Assembly (NCBI RefSeq): GCF_001194135.2
Contig: NC_068988.1
Location: 31,495,171-31,559,170, forward strand
DNA: 64,000 nt
Source: Octopus bimaculoides
Taxonomy: Eukaryota
Direction: 5' to 3'
Part shown: one piece after another, positions 50,691 through 64,000 of the stretch
How the letters are laid out: each line of letters opens with the position of its first letter
Numbering within the stretch: the first letter of the stretch is position 1
Notes under the pieces: generated by a model
Told to the model about the DNA's origin: nothing
The model's database searches: none
What the model saw: only the letters and a program-made list of their open reading frames with translations
Program-made: the position numbers and the translations under genes

Positions 50691-53047
50691 GCGTGTATGT
50701 ATACGTAGAAAATAACGTTTAAGTGTCCTTAAGCCTTCTATTTATTATCTCCCTTGTAAGTTGTACATAGCTGTGAACAGTTGGCTGCATAGATAATTCA
50801 TTTGTGATATGTTCAACCACCTTACATATCATTAAGAGACAGGGTTCTAATCATCTTTTCCAGATTAACGAATTAATTAAGAATGGAAACCGACGGAGGG
50901 TTTCAGTAGAAAGAAAAATTAGTGAAAGCTACGCCAGTTTCAACAAATAAGGGAAGCGTATACCACAGATGCCAGTCGATCGAGTGGAAGAAGAGAAGAG
51001 AATAGGCGCCACCTATTACATCTTTCTGGTAAAAGAGACCAGGAATATATCTTCCAAATGAAACACGAAGAATGAGATGTTCGTTTAAAAGCTCATGTTT
51101 TCAATAAATGGAGGAATAAAAGAGTAAAATAGAGGCAAGAAGAACTCAGTACTTGCCTTACTGAATTCATTTCTAAATATCTTCACTAACTGTTTTCACT
51201 CTTGCTATCAGCCTTCTCACTCACATCCGTGACACTGATCAGTGAAAAAAAAAATGATAATTTAATCCTATTTCAGTTTATTGCTGGAGGAATTTCAGCA
51301 ATCGTAGAGTTTACTCTTTTTGACTTGTAAAATAGAAAACAAAAGAAATATTTCACATGTCATGAATGAAGGAAGGGTTGCTCAAAAATAAAATTACTAA
51401 TTTGTTTTCTGATCATGTGGTCTGTTTTTGGCTTTGGTTTAACAAAATATTTTCATCGCATGATGCTTATATTTATAGAAATTATTAATTCCTTCACAGT
51501 TGTGATTTCGTAAATTTTAGCCGGTCATATATTTTTGTCAATCTACTACCATTTATTTACTTGGAATTTAATATTTCTCCACAGGATTATGCTTAGACAA
51601 TAGCCAGCAATACTTCAGCCACAGTAGAGCTGAAGAAAATTCCAATAAGTACGCAAAGGGTAGATCTTGAGATGGTAGTCTCGTGCTTTCAAATTAAATT
51701 ACATACTTTGAAAAGCAAAAGAAATTTCTTTTGACATTTACCCCCAAATGACACGGCGTAACTTGATAAATATTGTTGATTTTTCTGTTTCTTTTTGCTG
51801 CCTCTAGCTTATGAGTTGAGTAAATAATCCTTTATGATCCATTGGATCATTGAAACGCCGTTGGAGATTCAGTATTTATTGAAAATGCACAGGAATGGGT
51901 TTCACAAAGCTATGGTCTATTTATAAATCGCTACCATGGCAGTGAATGTGTTACCCTATTTCTTGAATTCAGTCTCATAGATAGAGAGAGGATGAGAGAA
52001 GAAGAGGGGGAGAGAGAGGAGAGAGAGGGGGAAAGAGGGAGACGAAGATGTTCTTTTTTGAACTTATATATATATATATCTATATATATNNNNNNNNNNN
52101 NNNNNNNNNNNNNNNNNNNNNNNNNNNNNNNNNNNNNNNNNNNNNNNNNNNNNNNNNNNNNNNNNNNNNNNNNNNNNNNNNNNNNNNNNNNNNNNNNNNN
52201 NNNNNNNNNNNNNNNNNNNNNNNNNNNNNNNNNNNNNNNNNNNNNNNNNNNNNNNNNNNNNNNNNNNNNNNNNNNNNNNNNNNNNNNNNNNNNNNNNNNN
52301 NNNNNNNNNNNNNNNNNNNNNNNNNNNNNNNNNNNNNNNNNNNNNNNNNNNNNNNNNNNNNNNNNNNNNNNNNNNNNNNNNNNNNNNNNNNNNNNNNNNN
52401 NNNNNNNNNNNNNNNNNNNNNNNNNNNNNNNNNNNNNNNNNNNNNNNNNNNNNNNNNNNNNNNNNNNNNNNNNNNNNNNNNNNNNNNNNNNNNNNNNNNN
52501 NNNNNNNNNNNNNNNNNNNNNNNNNNNNNNNNNNNNNNNNNNNNNNNNNNNNNNNNNNNNNNNNNNNNNNNNNNNNNNNNNNNNNNNNNNNNNNNNNNNN
52601 NNNNNNNNNNNNNNNNNNNNNNNNNNNNNNNNNNNNNNNNNNNNNNNNNNNNNNNNNNNNNNNNNNNNNNNNNNNNNNNACACATATATATATATATATA
52701 TATATATAAAGGCACTGCGATACGTTTAGATTTTTATTTAAAATTTTTTAAAGACTTAACTGTTTTCACAGATTTCTTGGATTATAAAAATCAAGATGGA
52801 GAGACGCTGTCTTGCTTTTGATTGGAGTTCAAAAAATTTCTTTTTATTGAGAGTACATGGCTTTCATTAGTATTCGTTTTGTATACGATTTGATTGGCCG
52901 AGGATGATCACATGATTAGGTTTAGAAATTTTTGTAAGTTCCCCGCTACGTCCTTTCTATAAATATCATGTGACAATATGTTTCACACTGTAAGTTAAGG
53001 CTGTTACGGCTGGGTGAACACGTATAGTGACAGCCAATGTATATATA

Positions 53048-53280
53048 GGACGCATGGCCTGGTGGTTAGAGTGTTGCACTCATGATCGTGGTTTCAATTC
53101 CGAGACCAGGTCGCGCGCTGTGTTCTCGAGCAAAAACACTTCATCTCTGGTTGCTTTGGGATCACTTCGACACCTGACGTATTACACATCATGTACCTGT
53201 TCAGGTAACGTCGATTTAAGGGAGAAAGTGAACTAATGTACAACATATACACTTGACCATTTTAAACAAATGACATAACG
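53048..53280 (+). mobile_element. tRNA-derived SINE (family C)
   Basis: GGACGCATGGCCTGGTGGTTAGAGTGTTGCACTCATGATCGTGGTTTCAATTCC head, then TTCTCGAGCAAAAACACTT and CACTTCGACACCTGA. Confidence 0.8.
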
Positions 53281-54471
53281 TATACTGAGTGTACAACCGG
53301 GCGGGAAACAGACACAGAAAGTGTCTAATTTTTCATTAGTTATCAACTAAATGGTATTACTTGGTATGGCACCATTCATGATAAGATTGAGAACTTCCCA
53401 TACTGGCGGTGCCCGCAAAAGTTTCGGAGAATATAGGGCCGAGGGGGAAACAAAACACAGAGTGGATATACGAAAGTGAATAAATGTGATTTAAGACGAC
53501 GAACAAAGACGAAATGAATAAGAAACGAAAGGACAAGAATGGTGTGTAACGCTTAGAAGGCATCAAGAACCTTCTGTTTCTGTTTCCCGTCTGGTTTTAA
53601 ACTCAGAACACGTTATGTTGTTTGTTTATTTACGATGTAACGCTACTCACCTCAAACTGTATTAACCGCAAGTTTTTTATATATCCGAGCGACCCTATTC
53701 CTTGCCCTCACACTTTCTCATTCACTCTCTCGCCCTCTTACTTGTCCTCTTTCTCTTCTACCTGCTGCGGTCACATGACCCTTGGCCAGCTTTCCTTTCT
53801 TTCTGTCCTTTTCTCACACCCATCGTGCAGCTGACCGGTCGCAAATTCTTTGTGTCTTACTGTTTTCTATCCTTTAGGATGTCTTCTAAATGTTACTCAA
53901 CATTCCTGTCTTTTTGGCCATGAGGCTATATTTTGCTCATTTCTTATTTATTTCGTCTTTGTCCATCCTCTTAAATCACAGTTATTCATTTTCGTATATA
54001 TATATATATNNNNNNNNNNNNNNNNNNNNNNNNNNNNNNNNNNNNNNNNNNNNNNNNNNNNNNNNNNNNNNNNNNNNNNNNNCACACACACTAACACACA
54101 CACTAACACACACACACACACGCACACACATATATATAAATAAAATACATTAAGTATATGACATCAGCAACGAGAGAAAAATAGGTAAACACATAACGAG
54201 AGACAAGTACGGGACGAGGGATAGAGAAAAAGAGGGAGAGAGAGAGGGGGAATCGAAACGACCTGACAAGGTTCAGGTACGAAGGTCCTATGGCTCGGGA
54301 AAGATACCTCGTCCTGTTATCTACAAGTCACTAAAAATTACTTCTAGATGCTGTATCTTGAGTCAGATTGCACTGCGCACACTTAGGGATCACAAGCATA
54401 TCTTTTGTGCTATCATATAGCGGAGCCTTCCGTGAATTCGTAATATTCACTCACAATACAATTATTTATTA

Positions 54472-54503
<32 letters not shown>

Positions 54504-54672
54504 GTTGTTTTTTTTCTTNNNNNNNNNNNNNNNNNNNNNNNNNNNNNNNNNNNNNNNNNNNNNNNNNNNNNNNNNNNNNNNNNNNNNNNNTTGTATGTAT
54601 TCCCAATTTACACACGCAAATTCATAGGTAAAACATGTATTTAAGAAAAAAAAAAAATTATTATCATCATCA

Positions 54673-54705
<33 letters not shown>

Positions 54706-54819
54706 GGAACCTCACAGCTTATTTTGCTGGTTCGATGGAAAGTGTCAGCTGTCCACAGCCAGCAGACTAAGGTGACACTTGTATACTGGTCATGCTTCAA
54801 GAACCCTGCGAATTCTTCT

Positions 54820-55345
54820 TCTTCGTGATCACGATCATGCAGGTCAAGAAGCTGAAAACAGTGATGACTATGATAATGATGTTGGTATTATTGATCATGA
54901 TCCTGGTGACGACGGTGATGATGCGATGATTATGAAGTCCATGACAACGATAATGATGATGATGATGATATGGTGATGATGGTATTGATGATGATGATGA
55001 GGCGGAAGAAGACGGAGACAGTAATACTGATAGTGAATATAATGACCGTGAGTCACCACAACCACAAAACGACAACGACGATGATGATAGTAACGATAAT
55101 GATGTTGATGATGATGATGATGATGACGACGATGATGGTGATGATTGGGTGATGATAATGATGATGATAATAATGATGGGGTGATGGCAAGCCGTCACCG
55201 TCTACGACGAGGATAGTAACGATATTGATGATGATGATGATGATGACAACGACGACGACGATGATGATGATGATGATGATGAAGGTACTCATGTTGATGA
55301 TGATGATATTGATGCTACATTGTTTGATAACGATTTTGATATGAA
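54820..55345. repeat. Degenerate (GAT)n low-complexity tract
   Basis: GAT/GAC/AAT triplets with several register shifts. Confidence 0.85.
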
Positions 55346-55624
55346 TACCAATTCTTTCTCTCTACTATTACAATTGTTGACACCGTTACATACGGTATTA
55401 TTGTTGTCCTAGTCGTTGTTTTCGTTTATACTAAAGTCATTACAAGTTGGTCAGAGTCATTCTGCGACCATTCCGTCTTTATTGCGGTACAACCAGTGTA
55501 AATTTTGTAGAGTTTTGTTTTACCCGCTCCTGACCGCACAACAAAAGTAGCTCTATACATCTCCACACCATTCGGTAGTTTCTTTCAACGATTTCTAATG
55601 CATACATGATAAAAAGTTGCTAAC

Positions 55625-55803
55625 TCACGTGGCTGTGTGGTAAGAAGCTTGCTTCCCAATTACACGGGTCTGGGTTCAGTCCAAATGCGCTGCACCTTGA
55701 ACAAGAACAAGTATCTTCTGCTACAGACTCGGGCCGTCCAAAGCCTTGGGAGTGGATTTGGTAGACGGAAACTGAAATAAGCCTATTTGTTATATTTATA
55801 TGC

Positions 55804-55853
<50 letters not shown>

Positions 55854-56110
55854 TTGTGTATGTTACGCATGCCTATGTGTGTGTGTGTGTGTCTTTCAGT
55901 CTGTGTTTGTACTCTACTACTGCTTGACAGCCTATGTTGTGTTTGCAACCCCGTAACTTAGCGGTTCGGCAAAAATAAACCGATAGAATAACTACCAGGC
56001 ATAACAAACAAAAAACAAATGTGTACTGAGGCCGATTCATTCGACTAAAACAAATTGTTCAAGGCGATACCCCAGCATGGCCGCAACCTAATAACTAGAC
56101 CAAATAAATA
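55625..56110 (+). mobile_element. Near full-length SINE family A with an internal (TA)/(TG) microsatellite
   Basis: Head CGTGGCTGTGTGGTAAGAAGCTTGCTTCCCAA..GGGTTCAGTCC, middle AAAGCCTTGGGAGTGGATTTGGTAGACGGAAACTGAAA and tail GTAACTTAGCGGTTCGGCAAA..CCCAGCATGGCCGCA. Confidence 0.88.
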
Positions 56111-56499
56111 ATAAAAAATAAAAGATAACTCCGCGTTAAACTATCTTGTGTTAGTTCAAGAGAACGGATACTCTGTATAAATAGGTTCAGGCGACCGCAA
56201 CACAGCAGTGGAAACCAATACTTAATTGATATTTTATATATCTATCTCTGATCTTACTACATCACTAATAGTTTAGCCCTAATATTTGCGCAATAGGATT
56301 TAAATCTCATGTTTTTTGTTTGTGTAACATGTAACTTCAAAAATCCACGGCATTTATATTTCCGACATTAGATTTACAGCCAATCTTTTCAAATTTAGAA
56401 CCCAAGAGATGTCTCAAACTTTCATCAACCAGAACTGAATTGATCGATATTCCCTCATAGTCTGAGAAAGACGGTTCACCAATTTCTTGCTGAACATGC

Positions 56500-56740
56500 T
56501 ACACAAATGATTTGTTTATAGTGATCAAATGTTTGTGCTGTACATTGGCTCAATCTCTCCATCAAATCGATGTTGAATCAACAGGTACACGGCGTATTAC
56601 TCCTCAGGTGTCGATGTGATCGCGGAGCAATGTGAGATAAAGTGTTTTGCTCAAGAACTCAATGCACCTCTCGATACAGGAATTGGAACCACGATCCCGC
56701 GATCGTGAGTACAACACTTTAACTACTAGGCCATGCACTC
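56500..56740 (-). mobile_element. tRNA-derived SINE (family C)
   Basis: The reverse complement begins GAGTGCATGGCCTAGTAGTTAAAGTGTTGTACTCACGATCGCGGGATCGTGGTTCCAATTCC and is homologous to 53048-53280. Confidence 0.8.
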
Positions 56741-58270
56741 TCTACCAAAATTGAATAATTGACAACATTTTCGAGGTATATATCTTTGCATCTAATCAGT
56801 AGTTGGCGCTCATTTCCATATTATGTAATTCGTATATATTTTATTGTCACTACTACTTCTTTCACATTTATATCTCTAGTAATTTTTATTTCATGTTTCA
56901 CTAAATTAAATTTCTTCTTTCTCTATTCAACCTGTGCGTTATACATTTTTAACATCAATTTTCTGAACTATTTATTTCACTTGCCTATTAATGTGAATAT
57001 ACATTAACCATCATAATATACTTCTGCATAATATTTCTGGAAAATTAACAATTTAATCTTATTTTATTCTATTACATTTTTCATGCGAGTTAAGCTTTAA
57101 ATATTTGAATTGTCAAGTAACGGGTGCATGCAGCGTGAGTGTGCCATGTAATACAGTTTTAATAATGTAGCAGCAACACTAGATTAAACTGTAGCAAAAG
57201 ATATACTATCATTCATACGTACATACGAGAACAGTATATAAAGTTAAACTGTTTTTCTTATACCGTGTAATGTATCAATGAATATGAATTCGTATGCACC
57301 ACTTTGTAATATTCATTTATTGCTTATAAAAGCGATTCCCTGATCATTATTTATCAAGTGGAAAAGTTTATTTATTGTAAAGTTTCAGTACCATGATTTA
57401 AATCATCATCTTCAACTTGGAAAGAATTATTTGTATGACATTGGGTAGTACATCGAAGTCTTAAAAATACTAAAAGTCAGTCATTGTATACAAACTGATT
57501 GTCTTCTGCACAATAGGACAATTAATGCAAATTCTGTAGCTGTTTCACGTATTAAATTTTCATATCTTCTGTAATAAATGCAAGTTTCAAAACAACGTCT
57601 TCTTTAATAAATGTAATTTTCATTTTGCTACACTGAGAACAAAATCTGCTATACAATTCGAATGCTCTTAAAAGCATTCAAAACTATAGTACATTAAAAA
57701 TACCCTTTTAGAATTTTACCAAAATCTAGCTAGGACTTCCTTTAGATATTGCTTCTCTTCTTGACCATTTTCTAAAAAGATCCATTAACTGGCACGCTCA
57801 CCTAAAATTTTCACAGGAAACATTGTTACCAGTACATGTTTTATGTAAAAGCAATAACTTCTAATAAAATAGGTTAGCCTATGAAGGGTGACGAACACAT
57901 ATTCTGCCAATAGCTTCTGGCATCGTTCTATGTTGTCTCTTTCATGTCTGTCATGATTTAGACATATTATGCCAAGTGTAATTTTACAGAAAATCACATA
58001 AAAATTTTCCTAGCTTAGGAAAACTCTTCATTTTTTATGTGCAAGTTTCGGATAAAACCTGATAATTTATTAGCTGGGTTAATATATTGGCAGATTTTCA
58101 ACGGTAGAAAATTTTTGCTGAATTAGAAAGCGAAAAAATCTTCAAAACGTATCACATGTCCCAGTATATAAGAAACTTCTAAAATTAAAAATGTTACCAT
58201 TCTGATTTTTCCCTACCAATATCAAGACATGCACAATATTTGCTACACAGTGAAATTGAAACAGACAGTA

Positions 58271-58356
<86 letters not shown>

Positions 58357-59299
58357 CAAAAACACACAAACATACACAAACACATCAGACGAGTCACTTA
58401 ATTATTAGCTTTGAGTTGAGATATAATCAGAGTAAGTTCAGTAGAATAGAAAGTGTTTAAGCACTTATATTATAGAAGTAAAACAGCAGTGTCTCGGCGA
58501 GGAGAGAGGGTATGGAGTCTAAGGTCTAGTGCACAAATATTAGGGCTAATGTTGCTGCAAGTATAAGTGATGTAGTTAGATATTGGATCGATATATAAAA
58601 TATCGATTCAGCATTAGTCATTAGTTTCGACTGTTCTCATTCTATATTTCTCTATATGTCTCTCTCACGCAAACTGTGCTGTGTGGGGGCCGCCTGGGCT
58701 TATCCATAATTTCCTTAACAGTGTTAGAAACTCACTAGGTACCAGACTATGTTTGACAACAGTATTCCATACAAAGGAGAATATGAGAATTAAAAGGCAT
58801 GAATAATACAATCCGTAGTAAGAAAATGATATCTTTAATAAAGAGAACCAAGCTCAATGATGATTCTAATGATGCCAGTAAACAAATATATACATTCCGA
58901 CGCTCGTATAAACTTCAATCAACACGATGGTGATTAGAAGACTCGAACGGAAGAGCTATAGCTACAAACAGTTTCGGTTTCACCGTCATAATTCTTGATC
59001 TGGTAGTTTACTGTACANNNNNNNNNNNNNNNNNNNNNNNNNNNNNNNNNNNNNNNNNNNNNNNNNNNNNNNNNNNNNNNNNNNNNNNNNNNNNNNNNNN
59101 NNNNNNNNNNNNNNNNNGTACAAGGAATCAAAAAGTCATGTTGACTCTGTGGAAGACATTTGTTCTGGAAGAACACTAGGCTAATCAGTCGAGTGGCCTA
59201 TTTTTGCTCGCAATAAAGGTTATCTCTGTGGTGCAGCTGTAACTTCATTCCAAACGTGAAAGCAATACTCCCTTACGACCTTTGAAGAGCGTCAATAAT

Positions 59300-60470
59300 T
59301 ATTATTGGGTTAAGTCTCTTGTGAACCTTAAGTGGATGGGAACTCATTGTTATGTAGTCCTTGTTATGTTCAGCATGTGCTTTTACCAGAAAATCTCCTT
59401 AGTGGGAGTCATGAGGGATCTACCTGAAGGTTGTTCATGAGTAAGTGCAGGAGTGGTATAACGATGTTTTTTTTTCTGATATGAGTAGCATTTGTGTTCC
59501 TTTTTTGTTGAAATACGCAATAGTGGTTGCTTTCAAGATCTCTGCTCATAGGTTCGTTATGGATTTGAAGCGTAGTGCATCGGTTGCACTAAGATAATGT
59601 ATGTCTGGGGTAAGGTAAGGACAAACAAATGATCGTGTTAGTGCATAATAGTGGGCGTTGCTGGATGTGACGGCAAATAATATACCGATGAATAGGAAGA
59701 AAATAGGTTGGAGGTCAAAATAGATCCATGAAGTAAACCAAATTTGAAAGACTGGGGAAGAGAAAGAGATCAGTGAATGTATGCCGTAATACAACCTATA
59801 GGAAAGTAGCTAAAGTGATGAGAGATGGCTGAAATTCATTGTCAGTGAATTTTGACTGCAGCGTTTTATATCAGACTTGGTCGAAATCTTTGGTAGTGTC
59901 GTGAGCAAAAGTTGTTAAATATCGCTAAGGCAAGGGTCCATTGTTGGTGAGGGAGAACAGCTGGATACCATTGGATCTGGTTTTACAGAAACCATATGTG
60001 GTCATTAAGGAAAGAAATGGAAGAGTGTGAGTGATAGAAAATGTTTGAAAGAAAAAGATAGAAAGAAATAGAAAGATAGAGAGAAAGAGATAGAGAGAAA
60101 GATAGAGAGAAAGATAGAGAGAAAAAGAGAGAGATAGCATTTCAGTAAGTTGTAAGATATCTTTGTTAATGGTAGTCGACATTAACACAAAGATATTAAC
60201 ACTGAGTGCAACAACGTGATAATTGGATGGGCCAGGGGCGGTTATTGTTTTCCGGGACGGGACAGCTTATTTCTGGTGATCACTGCTTATTTCTACAGAG
60301 AGCGAGTGAATGTAGCGTTGATGAGTATATAAACTACTTCCAAGTCGCATTTCTGAGGGTAAGGTCAAAACTAATAGTCTTGTTTGGACTTGCTTTGCAA
60401 TGAAGAGTTGGCTGCTTAGCCAGAAGCGAAGATGGATGCTTTTTTTCTATGGGGACACAGCTCATAAAAC
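59300..60470 (-). mobile_element. Very old CR1/L2/Jockey-group LINE RT remnant, split by an AG-rich minisatellite at ~60040-60135
   Basis: Frameshifted motifs in the expected order: TAPGPSN (KAPGPD-like), HDTTKDFDQV*YKTL (DISKAFDRVWH-like), GLLHGSIL (GVPQGSVL-like) and FFLFIGILFAVTSSNAHYYA (LFLLFINDL..HSYADD-like). Confidence 0.65.
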
Positions 60471-61132
60471 CATTGTGGAGGCAGTAGAGTAGAGTTTTAT
60501 AAAATACTAACTCTGTTGAGCTGTAGAGGCGATCAAGGCTGAAGTCAGAAAACTTGAATTTCCTACATCAATACTTTTCGTCTGCAGTATAATATCTTCA
60601 AAACAAGATTTGAAAGTTACTACAACTTCAATATATAACAGGATATTCTAAACACTTTAAAAGAAATACAATTCTCCCCTAAAAAAAATAAATCTACGAA
60701 CAAATAATTTTATATATGATTCAAGCGAAAAATGTATACACAGAGGAAACAAAATTATAAATGAAAATATATATTTACAAACAACTGAGATAACATTCTG
60801 CCAGAAGACACAAACGGATCAAACATTTTCAAAACTAGACAACTGTTATTTATACAAAATGTGATGTCTACATAAAATAGGAGAAAATACTAAGTGCAAG
60901 TTTTCAAAAGAATATATTGAAAGAAACCATATAGTCAAAAAGTATATTTAATGAAAAATGTGGGAGAATATTGACTTCAAGAAACTAAACTTTACATTTT
61001 TAGACAAATCACGAACAAGAACATAAGATCACCATTCATGTAGAAAATTCAACAGATTGACAAAGTCCAAAGCTTTTGCATCCGTTGGTAGCTAGTTCAA
61101 GTATTCTTTATACCTATATATATTTCATCCAG

Positions 61133-61170
61133 GCATCCAACTTCTATTTATGTCATTAAGACTATTGCAG
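61133..61170 (+). CDS. Candidate 38-nt micro-exon (HPTSIYVIKTIA or GIQLLFMSLRLLQ), gene unknown
   Basis: Acceptor tatatttcatccag| and donor GCAG|gtaaca. Splice signals only. Confidence 0.25.
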
Positions 61171-62552
61171 GTAACATGTTTTGAGAACCGTTACAATGTC
61201 AGACAAATAATCATTTGGTATGTAGTTATCACCTCGTGTGTTCCGTTTTCACATCTCGTTGGAGAATAAATTTATTTTCTATCAACCTGAAATAAGTACT
61301 AGTCAAAAACTGAGATATATGAAATCAACTCCCCTTCCCCGTGTGATATCTTATTTATGTAATATTTCAATAAGGAAAAGGAACGACTCCTCCGATAAAT
61401 CATCATCATAGCGTATTACGATTAAACATTTGATGCGATATTAATGCTTGATAAATTCATACTATATTTTCCCTTAACAGTGATTGACAGAAAAGTAGGA
61501 AGAAGAAAGATCACTAACGTGTATATATGCTTAGAAATAAACCAATTACTTCGGTGTTGAGTCGAAAAATAACGGATAACAACTTCTAATATATAGGAAG
61601 CTGTCGTAAATAAACCGAAGGAAAACTGACTGAAGAGTGTTCGTTAGTGATTGGAATGGATTTAATCATTTTGAACCTTGCAACAATGTGACATCATTAA
61701 TGGACACTCAGAAGTTATATTCTCTAGTAAATGTTAACAAAACATAATACAAAAATGTATGGAATGTCGGTTAAGTCGAAATACATACTTTCTGCTCTCA
61801 GATTCTTATACGTAGGAATTTATATATTTTGCACGAAGTATATTTTACTATTTTTTTGTTTTCAATAAGAAGTGTGTTAGGTTGTTACGGAATTTTCTTT
61901 CACTGAAATTAGAAAACTAACTGATTGTAATGTAAAATCAATAGACAGTTATTCCTCTTTATTTTCCTTGATATAGATAGCAACTTAACAGCTTCGTTAG
62001 GGTATATTTTAGAATAATTTTGATTGTTCAAAAATTAGTCTTCCTGAAGTTGTTACAAGATATATTTAATGATGCAACAAAAGGAATGTTATACTTATAC
62101 AATCTATAACACCTGCAGAAACTTCTAGTTAAGTTACATATGTTTTTGTTTCGACCTACATTGTCTATAAGGGAGATGGACATTTTTTCCAGTACAATCC
62201 ATTTTCCATTCTGTTATATATTTTCCAATCCCAGAAATCGACATCAGGTGTATGACGCTTTCATTTCATGGAAATTTTATTTGAATTAGTCGAGCCATAT
62301 TTCGAAAGATCAAGATGAATTGTATACTGCTAGTGACTTTGATACACCCATCAACTCAGTTCTTCCTACAAACGCCATTCTTTGCAATTCTTGCAATAAT
62401 ATTCATGTCTCAGGCGAGATATTTCGGAATAGTTGCATATTATTGATTATATTCTCCGCACAAACTTCCCACAGCTGACAATGTCTAATGCGTTTAATAC
62501 CTTTCCCATATTAACGTAAATATACAGCATACCAGGAACCGCGATATATATA

Positions 62553-63134
62553 CAGGGTGGCCCAAAATTAGGTTTACAGTTGTTCAAATATCTCCTTTGC
62601 ATTCATATATTAACAGTTTAGGTCTTAATTGTAAAAACAAATATGAAACTATTATTCTATGCTAATTTACTTAATTTTGTCAAGCTCCCTTTTCAGTTTG
62701 TAATCGTTTCTTTTTCTTTTTTTCTTTTTTTTACATGTACTGTAAAGTGTGAGTCATAGCAAACAACTTAAATCAAGTGCAAAGAAAGTGGATGCTGAAG
62801 CAGTATTGGAAGTCCGACAATGTCGAGTAGGTGCGCACAGCATGGCAAGAAGCCTTTCACACTCCTCCATCTTCACGCCAGACAATTCATCGGATAAGAA
62901 ATTAATTTGACACCACAGGTTCAGTGAGTAATGCACCAAAATCTGGACGCCCTAAGAATTCTGTGACTGAAAAAAAAAAATGAGATGTCAGTGGCTATGA
63001 CATTGGTGAACAGTCTAAAGAAATCTGTTTTAAGATGTGTATAAACAATATGATTGAAAGATAGAAATTTAAAAGTAATAAAATGTTTTAAAAGAAATTT
63101 AAAGTGCCTACGTGATAACTGTAAGGCCATCCTG
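62553..63134 (+). mobile_element. Internally deleted mariner-type element with both ends and the transposase N-terminal HTH remnant
   Basis: Left end TA|CAGGGTGGCCCAAAATTAGGTTTACAGTT; right end ATAACTGTAA-GGCCATCCTG, a partly deleted inverse. Translation: KWMLKQYWKSDNVE*VRTAWQEAFHTPPSSRQTIHRIRN*FDTTGSVSNAPKSGRPK. Confidence 0.85.
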
Positions 63135-64000
63135 TGTATGTATGTATNNNNNNNNNNNNNNNNNNNNNNNNNNNNNNNNNNNNNNNNNNNNNNNNNNNNN
63201 NNNNNNNNNNNNNNNNNNNNNNNNNNNNNNNNNNNNNNNNNNNNNNNNNNNNNNNNNNNNNNNNNNNNNNNNNNNNNNNNNNNNNNNNNNNNNNNNNNNN
63301 NNNNNNNNNNNNNNNNNNNNNNNNNNNNNNNNNNNNNNNNNNNNNNNNNNNNNNNNNNNNNNNNNNNNNNNNNNNNNNNNNNNNNNNNNNNNNNNNNNNN
63401 NNNNNNNNNNNNNNNNNNNNNNNNNNNNNNNNNNNNNNNNNNNNNNNNNNNNNNNNNNNNNNNNNNNNNNNNNNNNNNNNNNNNNNNNNNNNNNNNNNNN
63501 NNNNNNNNNNNNNNNNNNNNNNNNNNNNNNNNNNNNNNNNNNNNNNNNNNNNNNNNNNNNNNNNNNNNNNNNNNNNNNNNNNNNNNNNNNNNNNNNNNNN
63601 NNNNNNNNNNNNNNNNNNNNNNNNNNNNNNNNNNNNNNNNNNNNNNNNNNNNNNNNNNNNNNNNNNNNNNNNNNNNNNNNNNNNNNNNNNNNNNNNNNNN
63701 NNNNNNNTTTGATATGAGTTCTTGGTTTTGATTGTTTAAGCAACAACAGTAGCCGAGGAAGGTGGCGAAGAAGAAGAAAAAGAAAAGAAATAATAATGAA
63801 AATACAGGAGTGGTATGACAGTGGTACGATGTTAGTGGAATATTCTTAAATGGTCAAGTGACCTAAAAGTGACCTGTTGTGGTTATTATAGTAGTGATTA
63901 GAATTGTTCTGAATAAATTCATGGGTAGTGACCGTTCTGAACATATCGTTTTTAATATTTGCATGGGTATTACTCTAAGGCCCTTGTAGTAGTGTCATTT

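Noticed and set aside
1671-63746. All ORFs over 150 aa in the supplied track (e.g. 29347-30873, 1671-2690)
   Set aside because: They are open only because they run through N gaps and dinucleotide repeats (poly-X, YIYI, HTHT, CVCV).

Overview
AT-rich eukaryotic (animal) genomic DNA from a gapped draft assembly. About 8 kb (~13%) is N, and almost every gap is flanked by microsatellites. The density of (CA/TA/GA/AAT/TATG)n repeats and the SINE types suggest an octopus/cephalopod genome (inference). No complete protein-coding gene can be recognised, and every long ORF in the track is an N-gap or microsatellite artefact. The window is mostly intronic/intergenic and holds at least five tRNA- or LINE-tail-derived SINE families (~25 copies or fragments), a decayed Tc1 (DD34E) element, two mariner-type fragments, a decayed L1/Tx1-like LINE, three R4/Dong-like LINE pieces and a very old CR1/L2-like RT remnant. 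Main observations: (1) a tRNA-Ile-headed SINE inserted in the Tx1 RT with a 12-bp TSD, whose 3' part folds as a minimal type I (Penelope-style) hammerhead ribozyme; (2) a perfect 184-bp inverted duplication at 3510-4015; (3) a ~1.1-kb cassette at 46.7-47.8 kb bounded by inverted repeats and carrying a TATA box, an E-box and a splice donor; (4) an unrecognised candidate terminal exon at 24354-24701 (minus) followed by a 166-bp-period tandem duplication. Exon calls are low confidence. Family names come from motif recognition, not database searches, and the A-D SINE labels are my own working names.
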